Part shown: positions 11,382 to 25,258 of the stretch, one piece after another
Layout of the letters: each line of letters starts with the position of its first letter
Numbering within the stretch: position 1 is the first letter of the stretch
Origin: Okamejei kenojei
Taxonomy: Eukaryota
Reading direction: 5' to 3'
NCBI GenBank assembly: GCA_035221665.1
Contig: CM069155.1
Coordinates: 30,442,001-30,506,000, forward strand
DNA length: 64,000 nt
Position numbers and translations under genes: made by a program
Notes under the pieces: generated by a model
The model's input: only the letters and a program-made list of their open reading frames with translations
Told to the model about the DNA's origin: nothing
Database searches by the model: none

Positions 11382-13648
11382 TTTGTAATAATATTTTTAT
11401 TAAAAGAAATCCATCATAACAACGGTAAAACAACTTTTCAAATACACAACCAACTTATTTCAATAAGTATACGAATGTTACGAATAGTTCTTATAAACTT
11501 CTATTTTTTTTAAAGTAGAAAAAGAAAAGAGATTTTAATCAATAAGAATAGTGATTAAATAATAATTTTGATTATAAAGAAAGAGAAAGAGAAAAGAGAG
11601 GAGAAAAAAAATATATGTATATATTATTCTTATACGTATTTAATTAAAATAAAGTATTATATTAAAAAAAGTGAGATTATAGTATACATCTTAATGGTGA
11701 ATAACACAATTTCAAATAGCGATATCAATGGAGACATGTATACAAATCAAAAAGAAAAACAGAGAGTTATTTTCATCTAATCCTGCCGGGTACCCATTGA
11801 GTTGTGATGCCAAGAACAGCTACCCCTTCAAATATTCTGTATATGGAGACCATATCTGTTCAAAGAGTTCGTATTTGTGCATTAGGACAAATCTGATTCT
11901 TTCCAAATGCAACGTCTCCAACATTTCCACTGTCCACATTTTAATTGTGGGGGATAATGTTCCCTTCCAAAATTTCAATATTAATTTTTTCCCTATTATC
12001 AAACAGTAATCCAAGAAATGTCTTTGGTTTACTGTTAATATTAGATTTGAATCCGGAACTCCTAATATTATTAATTTTGGATCTGGGTCTAGTTTAAATT
12101 TAAGAACTTCAGAGATAACTCTAAAGATTTCTGTCCAATAATAATTAAGTTTTATACATGTTACAAAACTATGCGTTAAATTAGCTTCCAAGTTCTGACA
12201 TCTATCACAAATAGGAGAAATGTTAGAAAAAAATTCTATTTAATTTCGTTTTGAATAATGTAATCTGTGTAATACCTTAAATTGTATCAATATATGTCTA
12301 GCATTTAATGAGCAACGATGTATACATTGTAGGCTTTCTTCCCAAGTTTCCTTCGTTATAGATAAACCTATTTCATTTTCCCATGTTTGTCGATATATTT
12401 CCGAAGTTGGGATTTCCTTATCCAAAATAGTATTATATATATACGCTATTAATTTTTCTGTATTTGTGTGTTTATTAAACAATTCATCTAATAATCCTGG
12501 TTTTCTATTTTTATAGTCTTGCGTATTTGACTTAATAGTTTCTAATTTGTAAATACTTAAATATGTTATTTGACTGCAATCCATAGATATCCTGTAACTC
12601 TTGAAATGAAAGAAATTTTCCTTCCTTGTAAAGGTGTTCTATCCTTTTAATTCCTAAATTATTCCAGTGTTTAAACCCCTTGTCCAATACAGAGGGCCTA
12701 AACAAGGGATTATTCATAATTGGCAAACAAAGTGACAAATTATCCATATGTAGGGTCTTAACTATTTGTTTCCAAATACGTCTATTGCTATGAATTATAG
12801 GGTTGTCACCATACATTTTTTTTGTACTTCCCTTGGTGCAAAAAAAAAAAATCGAACCTACATCAAAAGGCAAACAGTCTTCCTTTTCCATCTTTAGCCA
12901 GCTTGGTTCATGATCTAAATTTACCAACCAAAAAATCATATTCTTAATCTGAACTGCCCAGAAATAATATAAGAAATTTGGTAGTGCTAGTCCACCATTT
13001 ATTTTAGATTTACATAGATGTCTTTTACTTATTCGATGGTTTTTATAGTCCCAAATAAAACTATTAACCAAAGTATCTATATTTTAAAAAAACATTTTAG
13101 GGAGATATAAAGGGATTGCTTGAAATAAATATAACAATTGTGGTTAAAAAAATCATTTTTATAGCATTTATTCTACCGATCATTGATATAGGTAGTGTTT
13201 TCCAATATAAAATATATATTTTTAGTTTATTTAATAATTGAGGGTAATTATATTTAAATAGACAGTTATATGATTTAAATACATTAATTCCTAGATATTT
13301 GAGTTTGTCCGTGACTATTTTAAGTGGGAATTGTTCTAATATATTTAATTTTATTCCAGTTATAGGCATAATTTCACTTTTACTCCAATTAATTCTATAC
13401 CCAGAAAATGTACTAAACTTAGTTATAACATTAAATAGATTGGGAATACTAATCTCCGGTTTTGTAATATAAATTAAGATGTCATCTGCATATAGAGATA
13501 TTTTATTCGTTGTAATTTTGGTATTATATCCATATATTTCTGGTTCTGATCTAATCATTTCGGCTAATGGTTCTATTACCAGAGCAAATAGTAATGGTGA
13601 TAACGGGCATCCGTGTCTACAACCCCGAAAGAGTTTAAATTTTGCTGA
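11382..13648 (-). mobile_element. 5'-truncated L1-clade LINE (RT to C-terminus) with perfect 15-bp TSD
   Basis: RT motifs GCRHGCPLSPLLFALVIEPLA and ISLYADD. TSD taggggggttatttt at 11367-11381 and 13649-13663. Site reads CT/AAAA on the minus strand, close to the L1 endonuclease consensus TT/AAAA. Confidence 0.9.
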
Positions 13649-14281
13649 TAGGGGGGTTATTTTAGCTGGCTTTTGATCCATTTCCTTCTTTGGCTCAATT
13701 TTTTACCTCCCACTATTATTTTGGATGTATTACATCAGCAGACTTTCTTTGCAATCAGGAACCGCACTCGTCTTCTTTTCAGAAGGTGCACTCTATCGAT
13801 GGGGATGACAAGCATTAAATATCAGTGTCAAACCGCATTCAAGAAAATCCTGGGCAATATTTTGAAAGAAACGGGTTTTTTGGCAGCGCCACACAATGAC
13901 TTTTCTTTATCATGCTGCAGGGTTTAAAGTACTAATGTAAATTTCCCTCTGGTCGCTCACGATCCAACAAAATGTGTAAATGGTATAACAATTCCATCTA
14001 ATGGCGTAAAGATATATTACATCAGCTACATTTCAAAACATTTGCGCGAAACCGCCAGACACAAGAGCAAAGTTACCATGGACAGTTGGACAGTTATCAG
14101 GCTGAAACCTCCAAGCTCCCACATAGAATCCGAATTACGGAGCTTGATTCGAGTGATATCTATTCAGCGTCTGGCACGCATGCCACCCTTTGTATACATT
14201 TATGTGGGGATAGATAGGATTCATGCACGGAGTATTGTAGCCAGAGAGGGAAATCGAGAATCAGAGGACATTGATTTAAAG

Positions 14282-16060
14282 TGACAGTCAAGTCGTCAAG
14301 TTTATTCGTCACATACACATACGAGATGCTCAGTGAAATGAAAAGTGGCAATGCTCTCGGATTACGCAAAAAAAAAAACAAACAAACAAACTACAAAACA
14401 GAATGGAACAGAATCACATATTCACTTATTACATATTTGTGGGAGGATAAATAGAAACCCCCCCCAGAAATTTAAAAAAGACACCACACAACAGTACAAT
14501 GGTACAGTAAAGTTAGTCCCTGGTGAGATAGGAGTTTACAGTCCTAATGGCCTCTGGGAAGAAACTCCTTCTCATCCTCTCCGTTTTCACAGCATGGCAA
14601 CGGAGACGTTTGCCTGACCGTGGCAGCTGGAATAGTCCGTGGCGGGGGTAGAAGGGGTCTCCCATGATCTTGTTGGCTCTGGAGTTGCACCTTCTGATAT
14701 ATATTTACAGCAGGGGGGCGAGTGTAGTTCCCATAGTGCGTTCGGCCAAACGCACTACTCTCTGCAGAGCCTTCTTGTACTGGGCAGAGCAGTTCCCAAA
14801 CCAAATCGTGATATTTCCGGACAAGATGATTTCCACAGCTGCTGAGTAGAAGCACTGGGGGTACCTCAGAGACACTCTGAATTTCCTCAATTGCCTGAGG
14901 TGGTAAAGGCGTTGCCTTGCCTTAAGGGCCTGTCCCACCAGCATGCAACTCCGTGCAATGAGCCCGACCTAACGTGGTCGCTTGAGCCGTCTGGCATCGC
15001 GGGGCCAGTCCCACTTCGATCGCCGAAGCCGTGCGGAATTGTGTGGAGTTCTCCGTGACCCTCTCTGTAGGTGCCTCCGTGACCCTCTCTGTGTGTGGCT
15101 CCATGGCCCTCTCTGTGTGTGCCTTTGTGCCCCTCTCTGTGTGTCCCTCTCTATCCTGGCGAACTTACCTTTCAGACTTTGCTCCAAGTTCACCTCACTT
15201 CCCGCCACGTTGCGCCACTCACCCAACCTCCACGCAGCCCCCGCTGCCGGTTTGGTCGCACTCTTCGCATGCAGGCGCATGCTGTTGGGAATGGCCCTGT
15301 ACAGGGATCACCTGACCTGCGCACGGCCCCCACTGCCGGTTTGGTCACGCTCACTGCATGGAGTCGGATGCTGGTAGGACAGGCCCTTTACTCGCCAGTG
15401 CTGCAGCATGTCCATGTCATATCCTCAGAGATGTGGACTGCCAGGTATTTAAAGCAGCTCACCCTATCCACAGTATCCCCATTTATCTTCAATGGTGTGT
15501 ACATCCTCGGATGATGTGCCCTCCTAAAGTCCACGATCAGCTCCTTCGTTTTTTTGATATTCAAGAGGAGGCTGTTGTCCTGACAGCAGAGTGCCAGATC
15601 AGCCACCTCCTCCCGATAGGCCTTCTCATCATTATTGGAGTTCAGGCCCACCACCACAGTGTCATCCGCAAACTTGATAATAGAGTTGGAGCTGAACCTA
15701 GCCACACAGTCATGTGTTTACAGGGAGTACAGTGGGGGGCTGAGGATGCAACCCTGGAGGGATCCTGTGCTTAGGGTGAGCGACTTCGATGTATTTCCTC
15801 CCATCTTGACTACCTGGGGCCTGGTGGTGCGACAGTCCAGGACCCAGGCACAGGGGGGTGTTGAGCCCCAATTCCAGCACCTTCTTGGCAAGTCTGGTGG
15901 GGACTATCGTGTTGAAGGCTGAACTGAAGTCTATGAACAGCATCCTCACATAGCCCCCCTTCTGGCTGTCAAGATGAGAGCGAGCGGTGTGCAGAATCTG
16001 GGAGACCGCATTGTCCGTGGATCTATTCAGACGGTATGCGAATTGTAGCGGGTCCATGTT
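14282..16060 (-). mobile_element. Rex1/Babar-type LINE, 5'-truncated RT and 3' end, interrupted by a MITE
   Basis: [55 protein letters not shown]. Confidence 0.85.
14925..15387. mobile_element. Non-autonomous DNA transposon (PIF/Harbinger-type MITE), 463 bp
   Basis: Imperfect ~30-bp TIRs (AGGGCCTGTCCCACCAGCAT... / ...ATGCTGGTAGGACAGGCCCT) and TTA TSD at 14922-14924 and 15388-15390. Removing it restores the host frame ALASKARQR. Internal 24-bp tandem units at about 15051-15150. Confidence 0.88.
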
Positions 16061-16062
16061 GC

Positions 16063-16940
16063 CATAGACACATAGAAACACAGAAAATAGGTGCAGGAGG
16101 AGACCATTCGGCCCTTCGAGCCAGCACCGCCATTCATTGTGATCATGGCTGATCGTCCACTATCAATAACCCACGCCTGCCTTCCCCCCATATCTTTTGA
16201 CTCCACTAACCCCTAGAGCTCGATCCAACTCTCTCTCCATCCAGTGATTTGGCCTCCACTGCCCTCTGTGGCAGGGAATTCCATAAATTCACAACTCTCT
16301 GGGTAAAAAAGTTTTTTCTCACCTCAGTCTTAAATGACCTCCCCTTTATTCTAAGACTGTGGCCCCTGGTTCTGGACTCACCCAACATTGGGAACATTTT
16401 TCCTGCATCTAGCGTGTCCAGTCCTTTTATAAATTTATATGTTTCTATAAGTTCCCCCCTCATCCTTCTAAACTCCAATGAATACAAGCCTAGTCTTTTC
16501 AATCTTTCCTCATATGACAGTCCCGCCATCCCAGGGATCAATCTCGTGAACCTCCGCTGTACTGCCTCAATCACAAGGATGTCTTTCCTCAAATTAGGAG
16601 ACCAAAACTGTACACAATACTCCAGATGTGGTCTCACCAGAGCCCTATACAACTGCAAAAGAACCTCTTTACTCCTGTACTGAAATCCTCTTGTTATGAA
16701 GGCCAACATTCCATTAGCTTTCTTCACTGCCTGCTGTACCTGCACGCCAACTTTCAGTGACTGGTGTACAAGGACACCTAGGTCTCGCTGTACCTCCCCC
16801 TTACCTAACCTAACCCGATTGAGATAATAATCTGCCCCCTTGTTTTTGCCGCCAAAGTGGATAACCTCACATTTATCTATATTATACTGCATCTACCATG
16901 CATCTGTCCACTCACTCAACCTGTTCAGGTCCCCCTGCAA
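16063..16940 (-). mobile_element. CR1-clade LINE 3' fragment (RT C-terminus, intact 228-aa frame)
   Basis: ORF 16206..16892 (RDLGV, LYRALVRPHLEYCVQFWSP, FFTQRVVNLWNSLP). Tail at 16063-16080. (CTAAA)n microsatellite follows at 16941-16961. Confidence 0.92.
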
Positions 16941-18342
16941 CTAAACTAAACTAAACTAAACTGCCGCACTGATCTGCAAGTCCAGATATCGTGCGATTTA
17001 CAAGGCACAATGGAAGAAAGTTAGGAACAAGGTTACCTCTCTTTTTAAATGTTCCTGTATAATTACATTTTCTTTAAGTGGCTCTTTCAGTTCATTTAGT
17101 GGCATTTGTAATTATTTTCAATCCTTTGAATTGTTTATATAACAGCTCAAAATAAACAAAAATGATAATAGAAGGCAAAGCTGACGATGGGTTATTCTCT
17201 GAGTCATGGTTAGTGTGATTTTCTTTCTGGCCTATCTACTTATGTTTATGTTCACCTGCCTTCTTGCTTTGGTCATAGATCACCTGAAACTTCCAGACTT
17301 GGGAAAGGTACAGTAAACAGGTAAAACTGGAAAAGCAAATAGGGCAACTGTATCCACTCCGGAACATCCGGGCCAATGTCCCTGAGGGATTGTTCAATGG
17401 TGGGAATATTGTCAATGCACCGTTCCTGTTCCAAAGCTGAACTCTCCCGAAGGTTCTGACAAAACCGAAACATTAGCTGTTCCAAGGATGCTGCAAAATC
17501 TGAAGGCCTTTTTCATCCTTTGATGATTTTGAGATGACATTTTCCCTTGTCTCTAACAGTCCATTATGGCGTTTATGTGGAACAACATTCCCTCATACTG
17601 ACCCAGCGGAAGATAACACACTCATAAGTTAAATTAGAGCTGTCTCTGAATTAATTGCAGATGCGTCTGATGAATACCAAATATGTTAATGAATTGGATA
17701 GTCATTTAAGATTTAAAACATGATCTGCAACTTAAATCTGGCCTGTACCTGAACAAGGGCGAAGAGAATGAAAAATGACTGTACAGCTGCCTGCTTCCTA
17801 TCAGAAGGATCGTGATGTAAAAGAGTCACATACAGTAACACGGAATCACATCGGATTCAGGAATGAGTGGAAGGGGGGGTTGGGGGGGGGGGGGGGGGAG
17901 ATGAAAATAAAATGTCGTGAGGCATACCTCAAAATTGGACAATTCAAACCCCCACTCCAATTGTTGTGTCAGTTTCACTGCCTTCCTGACGAGTTTCATT
18001 GCCTGTAATTCATTTTCTATGCCACAGCTAATAAAGGCCTGTTTCCTTTCCATCGTTACTTTTTGCATATCTTTCGTTCATTTCTTCTGTGTCTCTCTGT
18101 ATCATCGTCTATATTTCTAGTTTCCCTTTCCCCTGACTCTCAGTCTGAAGAAAGGTATTGGCCTGACACCCCTTTTCCTCAAAGATGATGTTTGACCTGC
18201 TGAGTTACTCTCGCTTTTTGTGTCTATCTTCCGTTAGGTTGTAAGCAACCACAGTGGAATATGAGGTGCAGTTTCTCCAGTTTGCCTGTTCATCCTGGAA
18301 ATACAGGAGGCCTAGGACAGAAACATCGATAAAAGACTGGGA

Positions 18343-18683
18343 CTTACTTAATTACTTACTGCCTATTATGCCTCCTGGCATGTAGTGCGGCAACAAAGGT
18401 CCTCCACTCCTGTCTTTTCTGGGTCCATCACGCCCAGTAGTGTTGATTCCTTCAGTTGCTGTTTCCGTAACATATTTATTTTTACGAGACAGGGTTGTTA
18501 GCCCTGTGCTCAGCCTCCAACCTGGAGGACCAGTGGATCGCTCTTCGTCTCGCCTCTACCCTCGACCTGTCCAGCATGGGAGACTCTAACAGGAGACGAA
18601 TCTCCCGCTGGCATAGCTCTAGGGGTCACTGAGGCACACAAGCACCCTGACCACGACAAGGTTGCAATCCAACGGGTAGAAGG
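18343..18683 (-). mobile_element. Short RTE-derived non-autonomous element (5' UTR fused to 3' end) inserted in a Penelope remnant
   Basis: Starts ...CAACCTTGTCGTGG...GCTTG..., resembling RTE 5' UTRs, and ends in a (TAAG)n tail. Direct repeat gactggga at 18335-18342 and 18684-18691. Confidence 0.65.
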
Positions 18684-20237
18684 GACTGGGAGATGGAGTA
18701 TAGTTTTTAGCAACTGGGCTAAAAGACTTAGGTGGCTTAGGTAAGACAAGAGGCTTAGGTGGACGAGGTCGAAATTTTCGAAAATGGTCGAAAAGGCTGG
18801 AGATGAAAAGGAGAGGAAGTTTGGTTTAATGGCATAAGGAAAGCACAGAAGCAGCAGAGACCACCAGTATTGTTCAATTAGAATGGCAATCGGCCTTGCA
18901 CTTTTCTTGGCAGATGACGATGAAGGATCCATAGATAATTGGGTAAAGGATTGTTTTAAATTGGAAAAGGAAACATGTAAGTTTTTTTTTCATTCTTAGT
19001 GGGCATATAGTGGGTTTTATTGCAGGATCCTTTCGCTCATTGCGATATTGACCAGATACGACTAAATGTGACCAAGTGAACTGTCCATTGTAAATATAAA
19101 AATTTCATGCCACAGCCCTTTCAAATGTCAAATGTCAACCCGCGACATGAATTTCTTCTTTTCCTGACTAAAATCAAATTTGTGATCTCGTCCAGTTAGT
19201 TAATTCTCCCAATTGTGTTACCATGTAGACGATTGTCCATTTTCTTCAGTGTTATAATGGTGTGCAGTCAATTAGTTGACATAGATGATTCGGATAAGGC
19301 ACCTACATTATGCTTTTAAGCTTGCTGTCTAATCAGCCAAAGCTGCTCTGAAGAGGACAAAGGGAGGCTACATACGAATGCAGATAGGTGGAGAATAGGC
19401 ACGTATCTGGCAAGTAAGGGCATAAGATGATACAAAATAGAGTAGGACTATTCAGAAGCTCTGCTATCAAACAACTTCCATGGAGAGAAAAATAAAGTTC
19501 ATATACAGGATCTAATGAAGCTTCTCGCTCCAAAAATTATCACATTCGAATATTACGCTAATATTTTCCAGGGCATGTTTTTCGTCTTCCTTGATTCGTC
19601 TCATGTCTTTGATGCAAAATATCTTGTTGATAAATCCCTGAAATGCATTTCAAAATTCTAGCCATTCTAAACCCCCAAGTGTTTGTGATAGTGGAAACAT
19701 TATTGTTCAGAACTTGATTACCGAAAGATTAGAAGAATGAAGAACATATATGGCCCCACAGATTATACGAAAGGTAGCAAACCATATATAGAAGTTCATG
19801 CATGAATGAATGATTCAAACCTTGAGTAGAATTTTGAGCTTTGTGACAAGAGGATGACGTAACGAGGAAGAGCTAATTCTCCTAGGTACACAGTTTCTGA
19901 TACTGCAACTGGATAACTGCTGAAAGGTTTGGACACTGGGGCTCAAGAAAGATAAACAGCATTAGCCTTGCAAGGCACATAACTGTTGAATGACAGCGAA
20001 ACGTACAAGGAGTTAATCTAACCAATGTATTTATTATGAATCCATTGGAAAGATGGAAAGAAGCCAAGTGCACGTAAGAAATCTGGATATATGCAGAATG
20101 TTCCAATTACAGCAAAACTATTTCTGATTCAAATCAGACGACACCCTTCCACACTTATAGCAATTAGTCTCTGAAGGTTTATGTTGCACAGTCTGATGCT
20201 TTCCTGCAATGTATTAAAAAGACCAGGATTGTCAATG

Positions 20238-20362
20238 AAGAAGGGTTTAGGACCGAAACGTTGCCTATCTCCTTCGCTCCTTAGATGCTGCTGCACCCGC
20301 TGAGTTTCTCCAGCCTTTTGTGTACCCTCGATTTTCCAGCATCTGCAGTTCCTTCTTTAAGA
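20238..20362 (+). mobile_element. Short Penelope-derived element, 14-bp TSD
   Basis: caggattgtcaatg at 20224-20237 and 20363-20376. The element starts inside the hammerhead CTGAAGA box. Confidence 0.8.
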
Positions 20363-21594
20363 CAGGATTGTCAATGTCTCTGTCTCAATGCCCCCCTTGG
20401 ATGCTTCAAATCATTTGTCCATGTTCAGCTTTCCCAGGAACTTCAGACACATAATTCTAATCAATACTAAATAGAATTTTAGCACACTAATTGTTGAGCC
20501 CAAGTTATTTAACTCTGCACACTGTGGAGAATAATAATCTCGAGATGTCTAACATTCAGTACAAAAACACAAAATGAAGGAGGTATGTCAAAGCAGAATT
20601 CACATATGAAGAACGGAAGGGTGTACAAAATAAACCGCTATAGCTCAAAAGGCATATCTAACCATGATCGTTTGCATTACATTGCTCCAATATGGATATC
20701 TAATTCAAAATAGGGTTGAAGAATTTCTGCACTGTTTCTGCTTCAAAACAGTTAAATCACCTCTGGGCATCATCCCCCAACAGCCACTCCATTCGCCATA
20801 AATCCAGTAATTGAATTTGCACTGGGCTACAATTTATAAACAATAGTACAATTTTCGTGAACTTTGAGGATATCTGTGAACATCTGCGTCACAATCCAGT
20901 GATGATGCAGGATATCTGGAATAAAGTCAGCAAAATGAAAGGGATACTCATCAGCAGTTTAAATACCATTCATAACAGCAAATATTTTTTTAAAGTTTCA
21001 TTGGAATGGCATTCATTCTTTTATTAAGATTGTTTTTTACATACATTGCTTACCGTTCGCTGTTACGAATATGACTGGAGATTGCAAATAAGAGGATGAT
21101 ACGGTGGGAATAACGCAGTTTTGCTCAGTACTCGGAGTGAAATATATAAACTACTGCTATATTAAAGACAAAATGTCAGGACTACTGTAGCTTTGTCACA
21201 ATATAAAATCTGTAGGGTACATTTATTTGTCTTCTTATAGCTCCGAATTTGTTTACCCGTGCTGAATAGTACCCATTACGACTGTGACATATTTGACACC
21301 AATGAAAAAACTGAAACCGGATATCTTTTTGCTAAATATACAACAGTGTTTGCATACTATTTTCATTTTAGTTATTTATCGGTAGGTTGTCAATAAATCA
21401 TCACCAGCTTAACTATGAACAGATGGCTTTCGGGAGTTCCCCACTCCTCAGAGAGGCAGTGACTGCGGCCGTATATCGGGAACCGAAAGAAGAAACATTC
21501 TCAGATGTCAGTTATTTCAAAATATTGCACATTCTAAGTAGCGACTTTGATGTTATTTATAGGTCGTTTAAATGAGCAAGAGGAGAAGCCCATT

Positions 21595-21781
21595 NNNNNN
21601 NNNNNNNNNNNNNNNNNNNNNNNNNNNNNNNNNNNNNNNNNNNNNNNNNNNNNNNNNNNNNNNNNNNNNNNNNNNNNNNNNNNNNNNNNNNNNNNNNNNN
21701 NNNNNNNNNNNNNNNNNNNNNNNNNNNNNNNNNNNNNNNNNNNNNNNNNNNNNNNNNNNNNNNNNNNNNNNNNNNNNNNNN
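21595..21781. other. Assembly gap (N run)
   Basis: 187 N. Confidence 0.99.
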
Positions 21782-22362
21782 TTAGTGTGTATATGTGTGT
21801 GTATATGTGATTGTCTTTACATCTTCTCGAAAACACTACGCGGTAACGATAACATTTTTATATATTTTGATTGAGGCCGAGATCACCGTCACTGAACATT
21901 TTACGCTTTATTTCTCCTTATTACTGATTAAAAGTAAACGTTTAAAAACATCAAAAGACTTTGAATTTAAAATGACCAGCTTTCACTGATGGCGTCACAG
22001 TGGCTCGGCTGGCAGTGATCAGCTTCACTGAATATTTCATCCTACATTTCACGTTATTCGTGATTAACGCTTTAAAAAATATTTTTATTTATTTCGATTC
22101 ACATTTTTCCCCTATAGGCAGAGATCACTTTCACTGAACATTTTATGCTTTCTTTCTCAACATTACTTATTAAAGGTTTTTTTTTTAATCAAAAGACTTT
22201 GAATTTAAAAAGACCAGCTTCAACTGATGATGTCACAATGGCTCAGCTAGCAGTGATCAGCTTCACTGAAACACTCTGAACTTTTCGGCTTGAGTTGGAA
22301 GATCACGCCTCCCGCGGGGGCTACAGGTAGGGAACGGGTGCGTTGGGAGCAGATTTGCATTT

Positions 22363-22501
22363 NNNNNNNNNNNNNNNNNNNNNNNNNNNNNNNNNNNNNN
22401 NNNNNNNNNNNNNNNNNNNNNNNNNNNNNNNNNNNNNNNNNNNNNNNNNNNNNNNNNNNNNNNNNNNNNNNNNNNNNNNNNNNNNNNNNNNNNNNNNNNN
22501 N
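22363..22501. other. Assembly gap (N run)
   Basis: 139 N. Confidence 0.99.
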
Positions 22502-24411
22502 TAGAAATACAACGAAATTAGGAGAGCTACTCCTGATCAGTGCAACCACAACAAGTTAAAACAAGATAAAAACACATCCAATAAGCTAAAATAGTAGATA
22601 AATTATATTTGTCACACCTAGGTAGAACATTGAAATGGGAGAATATTACAATTTAAAATGTAATAAATACTTTAAAATAATTAAAAAAAGAAGAAATATT
22701 AGCTGAGTGGTCTGTTTTATTGTGGAATGCATGACAGCATATCTCATGTCGTGTGGATATTTGAGGAATTTGGAGTTCTGATGGCCCAGGGAAAGAAACT
22801 GTTCTTGAGTCTGTTTGTCCGGCTGTTGACGCACCTGTACTGCCACCTGTCCTTACACATTGGCAGACACGGAATAGAACTGGAACATTCTGCACACAGA
22901 CGGACCACCATGAATGAAGGCGGACCCTGCCGGCTGCCACTAATAATCTGCTGGGTCGCCGCAGACAAAGGCGGACCTGGAGGGCCGCCTGCTGTCACGT
23001 GCGGCACCAGGCCTCTGACTCCCGCCACGAAGAAGGATTGGGCGTGCCGTTGCCCTCAGAGGCTGTCGGGCGAGGAGAGGGACGTCAGTCCGTGGGCCAG
23101 GCCGGTCGAAGGCGTCGGAGAAGGGTCTGCAACAGCTTGGAGCTACCTGGACTTATTTGGATCTGGAGATCTCCAGTACATCCAGCATGTGGACCTGACT
23201 TTGAACGATGGACTGTTTCTTTGTGTAAATTGCGCCTAAATAAGGCGACTTGTGCATATGCAAAACTAAATTCACTGTGTACTGCAATTGTGACAATAAA
23301 GAACCATTGAGCAATTGGAGACCTCCTTTTGAAAGAGGTAGAGTGCCACCCCTTTCTCTCCGCGTGGATGGTATCGGGTCTGCTGACTCTTTCTGGCATT
23401 TGTTCTTTACAGTCCAACTTTCCATCATATTCATCCCTTCGTAATTCGGCAGTTCATAACTAAAGATGGTTTAAAATAAAATACAAATTGTGAATTTCAT
23501 CAAACACACTATTAATTACAACCAAAAATCTGAAAAAATATCAATGCCAAAATCACTAGTTTTTCTGGTTTTCTGAAGAAACCTGACTACAGGTTTGTTT
23601 ATAAAATATGTAGAATATTGCTCGAAATTATGGCGCGTGTGAATGCTGGTTGGTCAGTAACTACAGACCATCATCTAACTTGTCTTGACTTTCTCATTAA
23701 GCCATGGATGTATTAATAAATCAGTAACAAATTCAAGGCGATATAGAAAACATTTCTTCGAGAGAAAAATAATGAGATACATCTTGGTTATAAAGTTATT
23801 TCAATCAATATACTCACCTATTTAACTCACTAGCTTCCAAATCAGTTACATTGTGAAGTTTTATGATATTCTTAAATCACGTTCTAAATCTTTAACTGAT
23901 GTTTTATGAAAAGCATATGCTACTTAGGTATACAGCGTAGTGAAGTGTGAAGTAATGCGTTTTGGTAGTAGGAATAAAGGATTAGCCTATTTTCTAACTG
24001 GGGAGAGATTTCATAAATCAGAAGTGCAAAGGTAGTGCAGGTGCAGGATTCCCCAACAAATAATTTGCACGTTGTATCAGTATTAAGGAAGGCAAATGCA
24101 ATGCCAGCATTTATTTCGAGATGACAAGAATGTATGCAATACTGCGACTTTATGAAGCAGCGGTCATACCTCATTGGAGTATTGTGAGCAGTTTGGGGCT
24201 CCATATATGAGGAAGGATGTGCTGGCATTTGAGAAGGTTCAGATGAAGTTTACGAGAATGATCACAGGAATGATTTGGGTTAACATATGCAGAGTGTTTG
24301 ATTGCATTAGCTTGCCTAGTACTCACTGGAGTTTGGAAGGATGAGGAGGGACCTGATTCAAACCTATGGAATAGTGAAAGGCCTGGACTGAGTGGACTGT
24401 GTAGATGTGTA

Positions 24412-25258
24412 AAAAACAGGAAAGTAGACTATTATTGGCAAAAGCACGAAAGTAGACTATTATTGGCAAAAACAGGAAAGTAGACTATTATTTGAATGGT
24501 GACCGATTAGGAAAAGGGGAGATGCAACGAGACCTGGGTGTCATGGTACACCAGTCATTGAAATTAGGCATGCAGGTGCAGCAGGCTGTGAAGAAAGCGA
24601 ATGGTATGTTGGCATTCATAGCAAAAGGATTTGAGTACAAGAGCAGGGAGGTTCTGCTGCAGTTGTACAGGGTCTTCGTGAGCCACACCTGGAGTATTGC
24701 GTACAGTTTTGGTCTCCTAATCTGAGGAAAGACATTCTTGCCATAGAGGGAGTACAGAGAAGGTTCACCAGACTGATTCCTAGGATGGCAGGACTTCCAT
24801 ATGAAGAAAGACTGGATAGACTCGGCTTGTACTCGCTGGAATTTAGAAGATTGAGGGGGGATCTCATAGAGACTTACAAAATTCTTAAGGGGTTGGACAG
24901 GCTAGATGCAGGAAGATTGTTCCCAATTTTGGGGAAGTCCAGGACAAGGGGTCACAGTTTAATGATAGGGGGAACGTCTTTTAGGACCGAGATGAGAAAA
25001 ATCGTTTTTCACACATTGAATCTGTGGAATTCTCTGCCACAGAAGGTAGTTGAGGCCAGTTCATTGGCTATATTTAAGAGGGAGTTAGATATGACCCTTG
25101 TGGCTAAAGGGATCAGGGGGTATGGAGAGAAGGCAGGTACAGGATACTGAGTTGGATGATCAGCCATGATCATATTGAATGACGGTGCAGGCTCGAAGGG
25201 CCGAAGGGCCGAATGGCCTACTCCTGCACCTATTTTTCTACGTTTCTATGTTTCTATG
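24412..25258 (+). mobile_element. Younger CR1 3' fragment nested inside an older CR1 fragment (about 23960-25560)
   Basis: High identity to about 50490-51277, with ctatgttt tail. The older element resumes at gaggatgtt...actaggaccagagg immediately after the tail. Confidence 0.88.

Noticed and set aside
21996-22002. CACAGTG heptamer as an RSS
   Set aside because: No nonamer at 12 or 23 bp, no adjacent V or J segment, and it lies inside a repeat.
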